This document shows, piece by piece, positions 46,973 to 55,473 of a stretch of 64,000 nt of DNA. Numbering within the stretch: position 1 is the stretch's first letter; each line of letters starts with the position of its first letter. This DNA is from a virus. Both the position numbers and the translations under genes were made by a program. Location of the stretch: the IMG/VR virus record IMGVR_UViG_3300045957_000047, positions 1 through 64,000 of that record; one strand, 5' to 3'. The notes under the pieces are model-generated. The model was not told the DNA's origin and searched no databases. It saw only the letters and a program-made list of their open reading frames with translations.

Positions 46973-47722
46973 TCAGAATATTCTTCCGACTTTAAATCCC
47001 AACACATTATCTTCATGAAAATGTACCCCCAAAAAGGTACGGCCTTGTGCAAAACACCAGCATGCATGTAGCACTTCCTGGTACAAATCAGGACTCAGGT
47101 CGAAGTGATCTTTGACAACATTGGCAGTCACTCCAGATACTGCTCCATGGCCAGCACCATAAGACCAGTGCCCCGGTGCCGGGTACCCATTCACGGTAAA
47201 GATAGTGCCGTGAACTTGGAAGAAATCTTCAGGCCTGGGCTGTTTCCAATAATACTTGATATCAAACATCCGATCCAAAGCTTCAGGCCATCGTCTATTC
47301 AGGTCTCCCATAAAGGCAGCCATCGAGCCATCTTTATCGCAAAACTGAATCGTTCCCGGTTTGTCTACCTTGTAAGGGACATTCAAGCGGCGCAGCTCAT
47401 CGTGTAAGAACTCCCCTAGATGCCAGGGTTTGTCCATGCTTACAGCCTGAGCCAAGGCAACAGGTCTTGGGTTTTTATTGGTACCCAACCGAAGCTTCTG
47501 GGCCAACAGTCGAGGTACTTGACCTTCAAGCTCAGACGGGTTTTGTTTGCTCAGAAAATCACCCGACCACTCACCTGCCTGAGTACGGGCAACAGTCTGC
47601 TCTACTTCTCGCAACGAATCTGCGAACTCAGGAGTCCCCGGAATTAGAGGTGCTGGCGTATTCCAACGCTTGCCTTCCCTTGGAGAGACAACATCACGAG
47701 GTGTTTGAATAAAAGCTTCCAT
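46973..47722 (-). CDS. Vanadium-dependent haloperoxidase-like / PAP2 superfamily enzyme
   Basis: All three motifs present: KYYWKQPRP (KX6RP), HWSYGAGH, GRTFLGVHFHED. Confidence 0.8.
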   Translation of the reverse strand: MEAFIQTPRDVVSPREGKRWNTPAPLIPGTPEFADSLREVEQTVARTQAGEWSGDFLSKQNPSELEGQVPRLLAQKLRLGTNKNPRPVALAQAVSMDKPWHLGEFLHDELRRLNVPYKVDKPGTIQFCDKDGSMAAFMGDLNRRWPEALDRMFDIKYYWKQPRPEDFFQVHGTIFTVNGYPAPGHWSYGAGHGAVSGVTANVVKDHFDLSPDLYQEVLHACWCFAQGRTFLGVHFHEDNVLGFKVGRIF

Positions 47723-47723
47723 A

Positions 47724-48422
47724 TCAAGCAGGTCTGTTTTTAGGGTAACGAATCAGAAGTTGTTCAATATCTTCAGGCTGCCAAGATCTTAAGGCAATAA
47801 GCTCAGGATAGAGTAAAGAGTCCCGGTTTCGAGAGTGCGACAACCCTAAAGCATGTCCGATCTCGTGATCCGTTACCGTCTCGAAGAATTGATCGTTGGT
47901 CCAAGTCTCTGAGGTATCGAAGATCATATCTCCGCACAAGGGTCCACAGGCTGACATACGATCCCCGGTACCTGGCACATACGTCACTCCCAGAGTACCT
48001 CCCGCACCATCCAATTCAGCCCACTTAATATGGATGTCCGCATTTCGAAAACCCGTTTGTCGAAACTCAATACCACAAAGGTTCTGAACAATGGCAAACC
48101 GTTCTTGTAAAATTATACCCGCTCTGGAAGTACCTTGATTGATAGGATTATGAGACCAGGTTACCGGCTGTCCTTGGTCTACCTTGTGCCATCGACGCTC
48201 TCGGGGCTCCGGGCAATTACAGACTGGACTCTTTGGCTCTTCATTGTTTTTGAAAAACGTAATCAGCTCATCAATCGCTTCTCGTTCTGTCTTAAAAGAA
48301 ACTCCCAAAAGCATGCGGGCAATGTCGATGCTTTCAGACCACAGAAACATACGCCGAAGACGCAAAGGCGACAAGTTTTTGAAGAGAGAACGAAGATCAT
48401 CAATGTCTTTGTAGCTGTTCAT
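47724..48422 (-). CDS. Matrixin (M10) zinc metallopeptidase
   Basis: ADIHI, DGAGGTLG, GDMIFD..ETW, HEIGHALGLSHS, SLLYP turn. Confidence 0.9.
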   Translation of the reverse strand: MNSYKDIDDLRSLFKNLSPLRLRRMFLWSESIDIARMLLGVSFKTEREAIDELITFFKNNEEPKSPVCNCPEPRERRWHKVDQGQPVTWSHNPINQGTSRAGIILQERFAIVQNLCGIEFRQTGFRNADIHIKWAELDGAGGTLGVTYVPGTGDRMSACGPLCGDMIFDTSETWTNDQFFETVTDHEIGHALGLSHSRNRDSLLYPELIALRSWQPEDIEQLLIRYPKNRPA

Positions 48423-49591
48423 TAAACTGTTCTCGTTTGCCCTTCAGGGTGTAAATAGATTCGAGCATAGGCCACTTCTAAAGAGGCGGGATAATCATTG
48501 ACATCCGCAAAGTTTTCCAGTGCTCCTCCTGGAAGTGCTGCCATAGGATAATTACCTCCGGCGGCGAAGTTGATGATCAGGTACATAAACTGGTCACTGA
48601 TCAAGTCAGAAGAGCCGTTGATGCAGTTGACAATCTGGCCATTCAGATAGAAGTGAATGTAGTCAGGTGCCCAATCAACAGCCACGGTATGCAACTCGTT
48701 ACAAGTAGTGCCCGCCGTATCCAGGAATGTCTTGTCGTTCCCATCGCAATCTTTATATAGCCCGGCATTGGGTTGGCCATCGACCTTGAAGGCTTGGCCG
48801 TCGATAGTCCACCGATTCAAAGTGCCCAGCGCATCCCCGGTAAAATAGTGGTAAGCATTGGTCAGAATAGAGTCACAACCATAGTTGTCAACGTTCTCTT
48901 TGAAATCGATCTCGTGGTTGAACTTATCGGTACCATTGCCGTCGTTCTCTTCTGCATTCTTGTCAAATGCATTATTGTAATATAAGCAATTGAGTAGCCA
49001 AGCAGCTGTCCACATACCTCCGGGACAACACGGATCGCGAAGACAAACTTCTGCATACCCGTATTTGAAACAGGCCGTGTCTCTGGTATTAATCATTCCG
49101 GAGCTGAGAAGAGGGGGTTTGGGCATAGGCTGTAACCCAGAACCGTTGTCAAAAAAAGTATCCGGTGCAGGGCCTTCAATAGGGGCAGCAGTAATCAGAA
49201 GATTACCCTGAGCATTTCGACTGAAGGGGTTTGCGCCTTGCCAGCCTTGTCCACCCAGTGTATCTACGTAATACTGATCTTCGTTGTTGATAACCTGAGT
49301 AGGCCCCCAGATGAATGACGTACTCCACTTGTTGGGGTCTACAGGAGTAGACGGATTGTTAAACAAGTCTTCAAAAATCAGCGTGTAGTTTGACAACACA
49401 TGGGCAGGAGCATCGTTTTTTGTCTGTGGTACGACATTATTGCAATCACTAATCACAGGGTTTCTTCCCAAGGTATCTAAAATGGGATATAGCCGATCCA
49501 GCTGTTTTTTAAGATCAGCTATCAATTCATACCCCTCTTGCTGTAACTCGTTACGAGCATCCATCACAGGATTTATAACTGACTTGTCCAC
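48422..49591 (-). CDS. GH16 glycoside hydrolase (laminarinase-like)
   Basis: NNEDQYY, SSGMINT, FKYGYAE, WTAAWLL, catalytic EIDFKE, MYLIIN. Confidence 0.85.
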   Translation of the reverse strand: MDKSVINPVMDARNELQQEGYELIADLKKQLDRLYPILDTLGRNPVISDCNNVVPQTKNDAPAHVLSNYTLIFEDLFNNPSTPVDPNKWSTSFIWGPTQVINNEDQYYVDTLGGQGWQGANPFSRNAQGNLLITAAPIEGPAPDTFFDNGSGLQPMPKPPLLSSGMINTRDTACFKYGYAEVCLRDPCCPGGMWTAAWLLNCLYYNNAFDKNAEENDGNGTDKFNHEIDFKENVDNYGCDSILTNAYHYFTGDALGTLNRWTIDGQAFKVDGQPNAGLYKDCDGNDKTFLDTAGTTCNELHTVAVDWAPDYIHFYLNGQIVNCINGSSDLISDQFMYLIINFAAGGNYPMAALPGGALENFADVNDYPASLEVAYARIYLHPEGQTRTV

Positions 49592-51101
49592 CTACAATAT
49601 CCCAATCTGAAAGCGTGTCACAGGAATCGACAAGACAGAGACTGATTTCATAAACACCTGCCGTAACGTAATTATAGATAGCCGTCTGGCCTGTTTGTAC
49701 CGTGTCTTGCTGATTATTTTCACCCCACGATACTACAAAACCGCTGTTACTGTCTCCGTAAACCTGCACCTCTGTGTTTTCCGACACGGTAATGCAAGCA
49801 CACTTACAACAAGTGGGTGACTCATAGGGAACCACCGACACTTCGTCAACAGTTGCACCTGTGGAGTCCAAAACACGAATGACTGTTTGAGTTGAACAAG
49901 CTGCCGCAGGATCAGCAATGGTCTGTAGAGAGACTGTTTGACTGTTAGTGCCTCCTGTTCCTGGCTCTCCTTGCGGACCTTGTGGTCCTACTTCACCTTG
50001 TGGTCCTTGAGGACCTACTTCCCCTTGTGGACCTACTTCACCTTGTGGACCTGCTGGCCCTTGTGGACCTACAGTACCTCCACCAGTACTTGGAAGAATA
50101 ATAGATGAACTGGTTACAGGATCACAATTTTCCTGAGTCGCACTGACTGACAGTTCATTGCCATTGAGGTTTAAAGACAACGTCTGTAAACACTGACTAA
50201 CCATCTGAGGAATGTTCAAGTAAGGCTCCAAGAAGGGAGCCATAGCTTCCCAGGTAACCAACTGACTGGTCAACTGCGATCCGTCTTCCAAACTCAGTTG
50301 AGTTCGCCAACCTTGATCTGTTGTCAGAACAGCCGTACCAGTGACTCGGGTCGAACTGTTTTGTGCAGCCGCTGTCGAGATTGTTTTGCTGACAGTGCCA
50401 GAATCATCCGAGATATTAAACGTGACGGCAGTATATGGATTGGCTTCTGTACCATCTCCACCGATTCCAGAGCAAGCAACACTGGGGCTGGTACCTGCAA
50501 CACCATTGGTACCGTCAACACCGTCACGACCTGCGGGGCCTTGTGGGCCTACCTCACCTCTGTCACCTTTGTCCCCTTGAGGGCCTTGAGGACCTTGCGA
50601 CCCTATAGCACCTGTAGGGCCTACATCTCCTCGATCACCTTTGACCCCTTGAGGACCTTGAGGACCTTGAGGGCCTGTCTCTCCGCGCTCACCTTTTTCT
50701 CCTTGAGGGCCTTGTGGGCCAGCGCTACCTTCGTCACCACAGCACCCATCTTTGCCGTCTTTACCATTTTGACCCGATTGACCCATCGGACCCATTGGGC
50801 CAATCGGACCTTGTCGACCATCACAGCCGTCTTTACCATGCTGTCCGTCCTGGCCGTCTCGACCGTCTGCGCCGCGCTCTCCCCGAGGGCCTTCTTGACC
50901 CCGTTCACCCCGAGGACCAATATCTCCACGCTCGCCTTTTTGACCTGTCGCACCGCGCTCCCCTTGCTTACCCGTGTCACCTTTCTCGCCAGGCTTACCT
51001 TGAGGGCCTTCTTCGCCTTGAGGACCGGGAGGACAGCGAAGCGTGTCAAGAGTACACTTCAGTTCTTCTCGTGTTACATAATCGTGATGGTGGTTGCTCA
51101 T
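49551..51101 (-). CDS. Collagen-like fibre protein with Cys-rich C-terminal domain
   Basis: Two Gly-X-Y tracts; CC and TCCKCAC clusters. Confidence 0.85.
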   Translation of the reverse strand: MSNHHHDYVTREELKCTLDTLRCPPGPQGEEGPQGKPGEKGDTGKQGERGATGQKGERGDIGPRGERGQEGPRGERGADGRDGQDGQHGKDGCDGRQGPIGPMGPMGQSGQNGKDGKDGCCGDEGSAGPQGPQGEKGERGETGPQGPQGPQGVKGDRGDVGPTGAIGSQGPQGPQGDKGDRGEVGPQGPAGRDGVDGTNGVAGTSPSVACSGIGGDGTEANPYTAVTFNISDDSGTVSKTISTAAAQNSSTRVTGTAVLTTDQGWRTQLSLEDGSQLTSQLVTWEAMAPFLEPYLNIPQMVSQCLQTLSLNLNGNELSVSATQENCDPVTSSSIILPSTGGGTVGPQGPAGPQGEVGPQGEVGPQGPQGEVGPQGPQGEPGTGGTNSQTVSLQTIADPAAACSTQTVIRVLDSTGATVDEVSVVPYESPTCCKCACITVSENTEVQVYGDSNSGFVVSWGENNQQDTVQTGQTAIYNYVTAGVYEISLCLVDSCDTLSDWDIVGGQVSYKSCDGCS

Positions 51102-51700
51102 CAGGGATTCTCGATATAGCTAATAGATTGCAGAGGAACTAAAGGATCTTCGCAGACAGCATCTGCTATTTTAGTCAGCAACTCGTTGTTAAGGGTTGTC
51201 AGTGTAACCAGTTCTGTCTGTTGAACCAGCTGTTGTTGTAAGACCTCTTTCTCAGAAGCGATCTCAAGTAATTTAGTGCAGACCGCATCAAGCTGTTCCA
51301 CGATCTTGGCAGTGGCGACAACATCACTGCTGCCTCCTAATAACGTTTTTACTTCCGTCAAACATTCAAGGACTTCTAAATTCCCTACAGTCCCTGTCAC
51401 GCACTCGTAAGAGAAACTGATTTCTTCACCTTCCGTGGGTGTTCTGCCTCCATAGTCAGCACAGTCAATACCAAACCGGTAACTCCCTGGAGTGAACAGG
51501 TACTGCACTCCAGAGCCTTCAATGCTGGCAGGTTCTGCAGGTATCCAAACATCACTATCTACTTGGTACTCAATGGTTGTCAAAGGTAGGTTGGCAAATT
51601 TTAACAACCCTCTACATTTCGGGCCTACCCACAGTTGATCGACCGTGCAGATGTACGTGTTGTTGTAATCAGAAACTCGAATCTGAGGCAAGCAACTCAT
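51101..51700 (-). CDS. Cys-rich structural protein with C-terminal coiled coil
   Basis: 199-aa ORF coupled at both ends. Confidence 0.7.
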   Translation of the reverse strand: MSCLPQIRVSDYNNTYICTVDQLWVGPKCRGLLKFANLPLTTIEYQVDSDVWIPAEPASIEGSGVQYLFTPGSYRFGIDCADYGGRTPTEGEEISFSYECVTGTVGNLEVLECLTEVKTLLGGSSDVVATAKIVEQLDAVCTKLLEIASEKEVLQQQLVQQTELVTLTTLNNELLTKIADAVCEDPLVPLQSISYIENP

Positions 51701-52359
51701 TACACCAACTCCGCATCAACGACAACAGTTCGAGGATAATCCACAGATACCGACCAAGCATTATTCGCAGGATTGTCCGGAGCAGTTCCGTTATCATCTG
51801 TAGTCACCATCAACTGGAATCCGTTGGCTGACTTGGTTGCTTGAACAACGGTGATCTTAGGGTTATCTCGATTGTTAATATCTTCATGACCCCCGACAGT
51901 AATTGAGTAGTCATCTCCATCAGGATGGGGTACATCGAACACAATGGTATAACGCCAAATGTTTCCACCTGAAGGGCCAAAGGGTGTCACGCTTGCTCGA
52001 CGAGCCCATAGCTCGGAACCATTCAAACCATTGGCTCCTACCGCTACAAACCCTTCATAGATCTGCTCTGTTTCCAAGTTTAGCGTCTGAGCAGAAGACC
52101 CTGCACACTTGAACATACCAATCTTCTCAAGAGGTATGGGTCCCCACACAAGACTGCCATCACAAGGATCTACTCCGGCATACACCGGGTTTCCTTCCTC
52201 ATCACAACCTTCAATAACGGCTGCTTTGACTTTCTCACAATGAGCCTCCAGTGCCGTTTCAATAGCTGAGATTTCAGCAGGATCAGTAATACGCTGACTG
52301 TTGGCATCAAAGTAAACAGCCTCCCCGGTTGTCGGGTCTATAAACTTGTTAGCGTACAT
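51700..52359 (-). CDS. Fibre-associated protein
   Basis: 219 aa; N-terminus KFIDPTTG shared with the 52392 gene (KFLDPNTG); beta-rich C-domain. Confidence 0.7.
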   Translation of the reverse strand: MYANKFIDPTTGEAVYFDANSQRITDPAEISAIETALEAHCEKVKAAVIEGCDEEGNPVYAGVDPCDGSLVWGPIPLEKIGMFKCAGSSAQTLNLETEQIYEGFVAVGANGLNGSELWARRASVTPFGPSGGNIWRYTIVFDVPHPDGDDYSITVGGHEDINNRDNPKITVVQATKSANGFQLMVTTDDNGTAPDNPANNAWSVSVDYPRTVVVDAELV

Positions 52360-52391
52360 GCGTACTCCTGATCCTGTTAATAGTTACCTAC

Positions 52392-52754
52392 TTAAGCGTA
52401 ACAGATCTCGCCTACAGGCAAGAGGCCAACAGGACATGCTGTCTTCTCGTGAGTCGCTGTGATGTCAGTACCATCTGCAGAGTAGAGTGTTGTACTAACC
52501 AAAATCGTTTCATTGACTGTATTATCGGTGTTATAAGAGATCTCAAAAGTAGAGACTTCTTTGGCACCTTGCTCAATCAAAGTTGGGTCAGTGTTACCTA
52601 CAGTTTGTACACAGACATCTGCTGTCTCTACCGAAGTTGTAGGACAAGGAACTGCTGCGGCAATCTGAGCCGCTGTCAAATCAGCACCGCTGACACAGTC
52701 TTTGGCAACAATAAGGCCTGTATTAGGGTCGAGGAATTTAATCGCTTTTGGCAT
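52392..52754 (-). CDS. Fibre-associated protein
   Basis: 120 aa, Thr/Cys-rich. Confidence 0.7.
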   Translation of the reverse strand: MPKAIKFLDPNTGLIVAKDCVSGADLTAAQIAAAVPCPTTSVETADVCVQTVGNTDPTLIEQGAKEVSTFEISYNTDNTVNETILVSTTLYSADGTDITATHEKTACPVGLLPVGEICYA

Positions 52755-52769
52755 CGTAATATCTCAAAG

Positions 52770-53273
52770 TTAAGGTGACTCAGATGAGTCGGTTAGATTA
52801 TCTTCAGGGCAGCAAGGTGTATTTGGATCTACCTTGTAGCACTCGTCTTGCGTATATACCGGCAGCATTACCGTCACACAGCCACCATCATCTTTAATCA
52901 GACTTACCAAGACAACCGGCATGCCTTGATAATGCGTCGTATCAACAGAAGACACACGACCGTCTCCAATAGGCCCCTGTTCGCCCTTGGGACCTTGCGG
53001 ACCCAGTTGTCCTTCTGGACCTCTTGGACCGATTGGGCCTCTATCTCCAGGAATGCCCGCAGGTCCCATAAGACCTTGTTCTCCTTTAGGGCCTCGATCT
53101 CCCTGAATACCTTGCTCACCACGAGGGCCTCTATCGCCACGAGGACCTGGTTCTCCTGGACATCCTTTAGGGCCTTGCTCTCCTGGAGGACCTTGGACAA
53201 CCATGGATGTAGGTGTTGGCTCTTCGCAGTGCTGATCTTTAACTGGAGCAGGCCACGGGTTAAGCATTTGCAT
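52770..53273 (-). CDS. Short collagen-like protein
   Basis: Gly-X-Y tract of about 25 triplets flanked by Cys-containing termini (PCCP). Confidence 0.85.
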   Translation of the reverse strand: MQMLNPWPAPVKDQHCEEPTPTSMVVQGPPGEQGPKGCPGEPGPRGDRGPRGEQGIQGDRGPKGEQGLMGPAGIPGDRGPIGPRGPEGQLGPQGPKGEQGPIGDGRVSSVDTTHYQGMPVVLVSLIKDDGGCVTVMLPVYTQDECYKVDPNTPCCPEDNLTDSSESP

Positions 53274-53397
53274 TGCGAACTCTCCGGGTAAAAGGTGTTG
53301 GAGAAGTGATCAAAATAGAACGGGGAGTAAATTTCAAAAAGTTCTTCTTCTTAATCAATCTCGCTGTGGAATTACGAATCCTGTACTGTCTCCTCAT
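53260..53397 (-). CDS. Small Arg/Lys-rich ORF (45 aa)
   Basis: ATGA-coupled to the upstream stop; fills the gap. Confidence 0.35.
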   Translation of the reverse strand: MRRQYRIRNSTARLIKKKNFLKFTPRSILITSPTPFTRRVRNANA

Positions 53398-54866
53398 AGC
53401 AAAGTCACCGGAGTATTGACAGGAATAGAACCACCTGGATCACACAGCTCTTGGATTGATCCGCTCACTGTAGTCACCGCCGCTACCGGAGTCAAATACC
53501 GGTGCTCGTAGCACACTTTAATCCGACCGGTGCCAATAAAATCAGCAGAGAAAGTGCCTCCTTGAACATACTGTTCAAAGTTTTGCAGCAAATCAGGTGC
53601 CGGGTACTGCTCTACATATACAGACCCATCGGACTCTGTACCCCCCTGCCAAGCATTAGCCACTGGAGATCCCCCAACCTTTCGATTCAAGAAAACCCCT
53701 GCAGGTGCCTCTAAACGAAGAATAGGCTGGATAGGCGGATAGCAGGTCAAATCATCTTTTTGAGCAATGGGAAGACCTGTCGTATCGACCAAGATATTGA
53801 ACGTGAAAGTTCCATCCAGGTCGAAGGCCACACAGGAGAAGTTACCTTCAACGCTGGCTGTGATATTACTGACCGTACCCGACTGACCTGGTGTTGACTG
53901 CAAGACCATACGAGCTGAGTCTACAGGATGTACAAAGTCAATCTGTGTTTCCCCCGATGTTGCTTGAGGAACAGGCGTACCGGTAGGTGTGACTGTAATT
54001 GGGTTACCGGTGTACCCGCAGCCTAAAAGAGAGACACACCCCTGAACTGTTACCAGTTCTTCTCCATTGGGCGTATTGAACAGCAGGTCCATACAACTGG
54101 GATCTACTGCCGACTGGCTTACAGAGATCAGAGAATCTCGACCGGCAGCCCCATCTGCTCCTTGTATTCCTTGTGGTCCCATCTCACCCTGAATACCTTG
54201 AGGGCCTTGAGGCCCAACATCACCTCGATCTCCTTGAGCACCTCTCTCGCCTTGCGGGCCTACTTCGCCTTGTACACCTTGTGGACCGACTTGCCCTTGC
54301 GGGCCTACCTCTCCTTGAGGACCTTGTGGACCTGTGGCACCCGTGGCTCCTGTCTGACCTCGCACACCTTGCTGGCCTTGCGCACCTGTCTCACCTCGGG
54401 GGCCTTGCTGACCTTGAATACCTTGTGGGCCTTGCGAACCTTCTGAACCTTTGACTCCATCCAGACCTCTGGGACCTGTAGGGCCTGTGTCTCCACGCTC
54501 ACCCCGAGGGCCTTGGGGTCCTGTGTGACCTTGAATACCTTGAGGTCCAGGAGGGCCTTCACAACCCCGAGGTCCTTCATCTCCACGAGGGCCTACAATA
54601 CCTTGAGTACTGCATCCGCTATCGGCAGGTGGCTGAACATTCACTACAGGTGCCGGAGCAGCCGGAGCAGCCGGGGGAGTCACCATAATCACAGGAGGAT
54701 TGATATGACCGTGCCCATGACCGTGACCGTGACCATGACCATGACCATGACCATGACCGTGCCCATGACAATCCTGCTTGTGGTTGTCAGGTGGTGGCAT
54801 GATATACGCCACTTTGGGGTCACAACAATCTTCATGAGGATCGTCGCTTTTCAAATAATTAGTCAC
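53394..54866 (-). CDS. Collagen-like protein with N-terminal CC and His-Gly tract
   Basis: EDCCDP, 11 His alternating with Gly, Pro/Ala linker, long Gly-X-Y tract, globular C-domain. Confidence 0.85.
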   Translation of the reverse strand: MTNYLKSDDPHEDCCDPKVAYIMPPPDNHKQDCHGHGHGHGHGHGHGHGHGHGHINPPVIMVTPPAAPAAPAPVVNVQPPADSGCSTQGIVGPRGDEGPRGCEGPPGPQGIQGHTGPQGPRGERGDTGPTGPRGLDGVKGSEGSQGPQGIQGQQGPRGETGAQGQQGVRGQTGATGATGPQGPQGEVGPQGQVGPQGVQGEVGPQGERGAQGDRGDVGPQGPQGIQGEMGPQGIQGADGAAGRDSLISVSQSAVDPSCMDLLFNTPNGEELVTVQGCVSLLGCGYTGNPITVTPTGTPVPQATSGETQIDFVHPVDSARMVLQSTPGQSGTVSNITASVEGNFSCVAFDLDGTFTFNILVDTTGLPIAQKDDLTCYPPIQPILRLEAPAGVFLNRKVGGSPVANAWQGGTESDGSVYVEQYPAPDLLQNFEQYVQGGTFSADFIGTGRIKVCYEHRYLTPVAAVTTVSGSIQELCDPGGSIPVNTPVTLL

Positions 54867-54875
54867 TCTTTTCTC

Positions 54876-55298
54876 CTAGCAACAACATGGATTCTGCATC
54901 AACCACAATTGGGCATAGTCAGCACTTACCGGGGTTGCTTGATACGCAAAATCCCCATCGAAATCTAAAGACTCATAGTCTGCCAAATGAAAGTGATACT
55001 TGCCTGGCATCGTCAAAACAATATCAGACCTGATATTGGTTAGGAATGCACAATGACTACAAACCATCAACGGAGTAAACAAAGGATCACAATCGTCGTC
55101 GTACACTTTGTCGATATAAAGCTCTTTTCCAGGAGGCAAACCCCATATACTGACATATACAGGAAGCGCTCCAGTACGACTTCTATTCTCTACAGTTACG
55201 TCAAACGAAGACGTATTGGTAACGCACAGAGGGTAGTCTGTAGGGCACTTGGGCTGGTTTACTTTTTTAGTTCTAATTGGAACAGAATGATATGTCAT
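54876..55298 (-). CDS. Cys-rich structural protein
   Basis: 140 aa ending in NPCCC. Confidence 0.7.
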   Translation of the reverse strand: MTYHSVPIRTKKVNQPKCPTDYPLCVTNTSSFDVTVENRSRTGALPVYVSIWGLPPGKELYIDKVYDDDCDPLFTPLMVCSHCAFLTNIRSDIVLTMPGKYHFHLADYESLDFDGDFAYQATPVSADYAQLWLMQNPCCC

Positions 55299-55299
55299 T

Positions 55300-55473
55300 T
55301 CAATTTAACCAGTAATAGCAGAGTGCAAAACCAAGCCCAAACCCCAGTAGCCCATGACACATGCAACCAAACAAAAACCAACAAATATCACAAAAACGAT
55401 TCCAACGATTGCTGAAAAGATTGACGTACCATTCCAACGCTTTTCCAAAAGGTTTTTCTGTATCAATAGACAT
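55300..55473 (-). CDS. Small membrane protein (57 aa)
   Basis: TAATG-coupled; MSIDTEKPFG...FCDICWFLFGCMCHGLLGFGLGFALCYYWLN. Confidence 0.55.
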   Translation of the reverse strand: MSIDTEKPFGKALEWYVNLFSNRWNRFCDICWFLFGCMCHGLLGFGLGFALCYYWLN

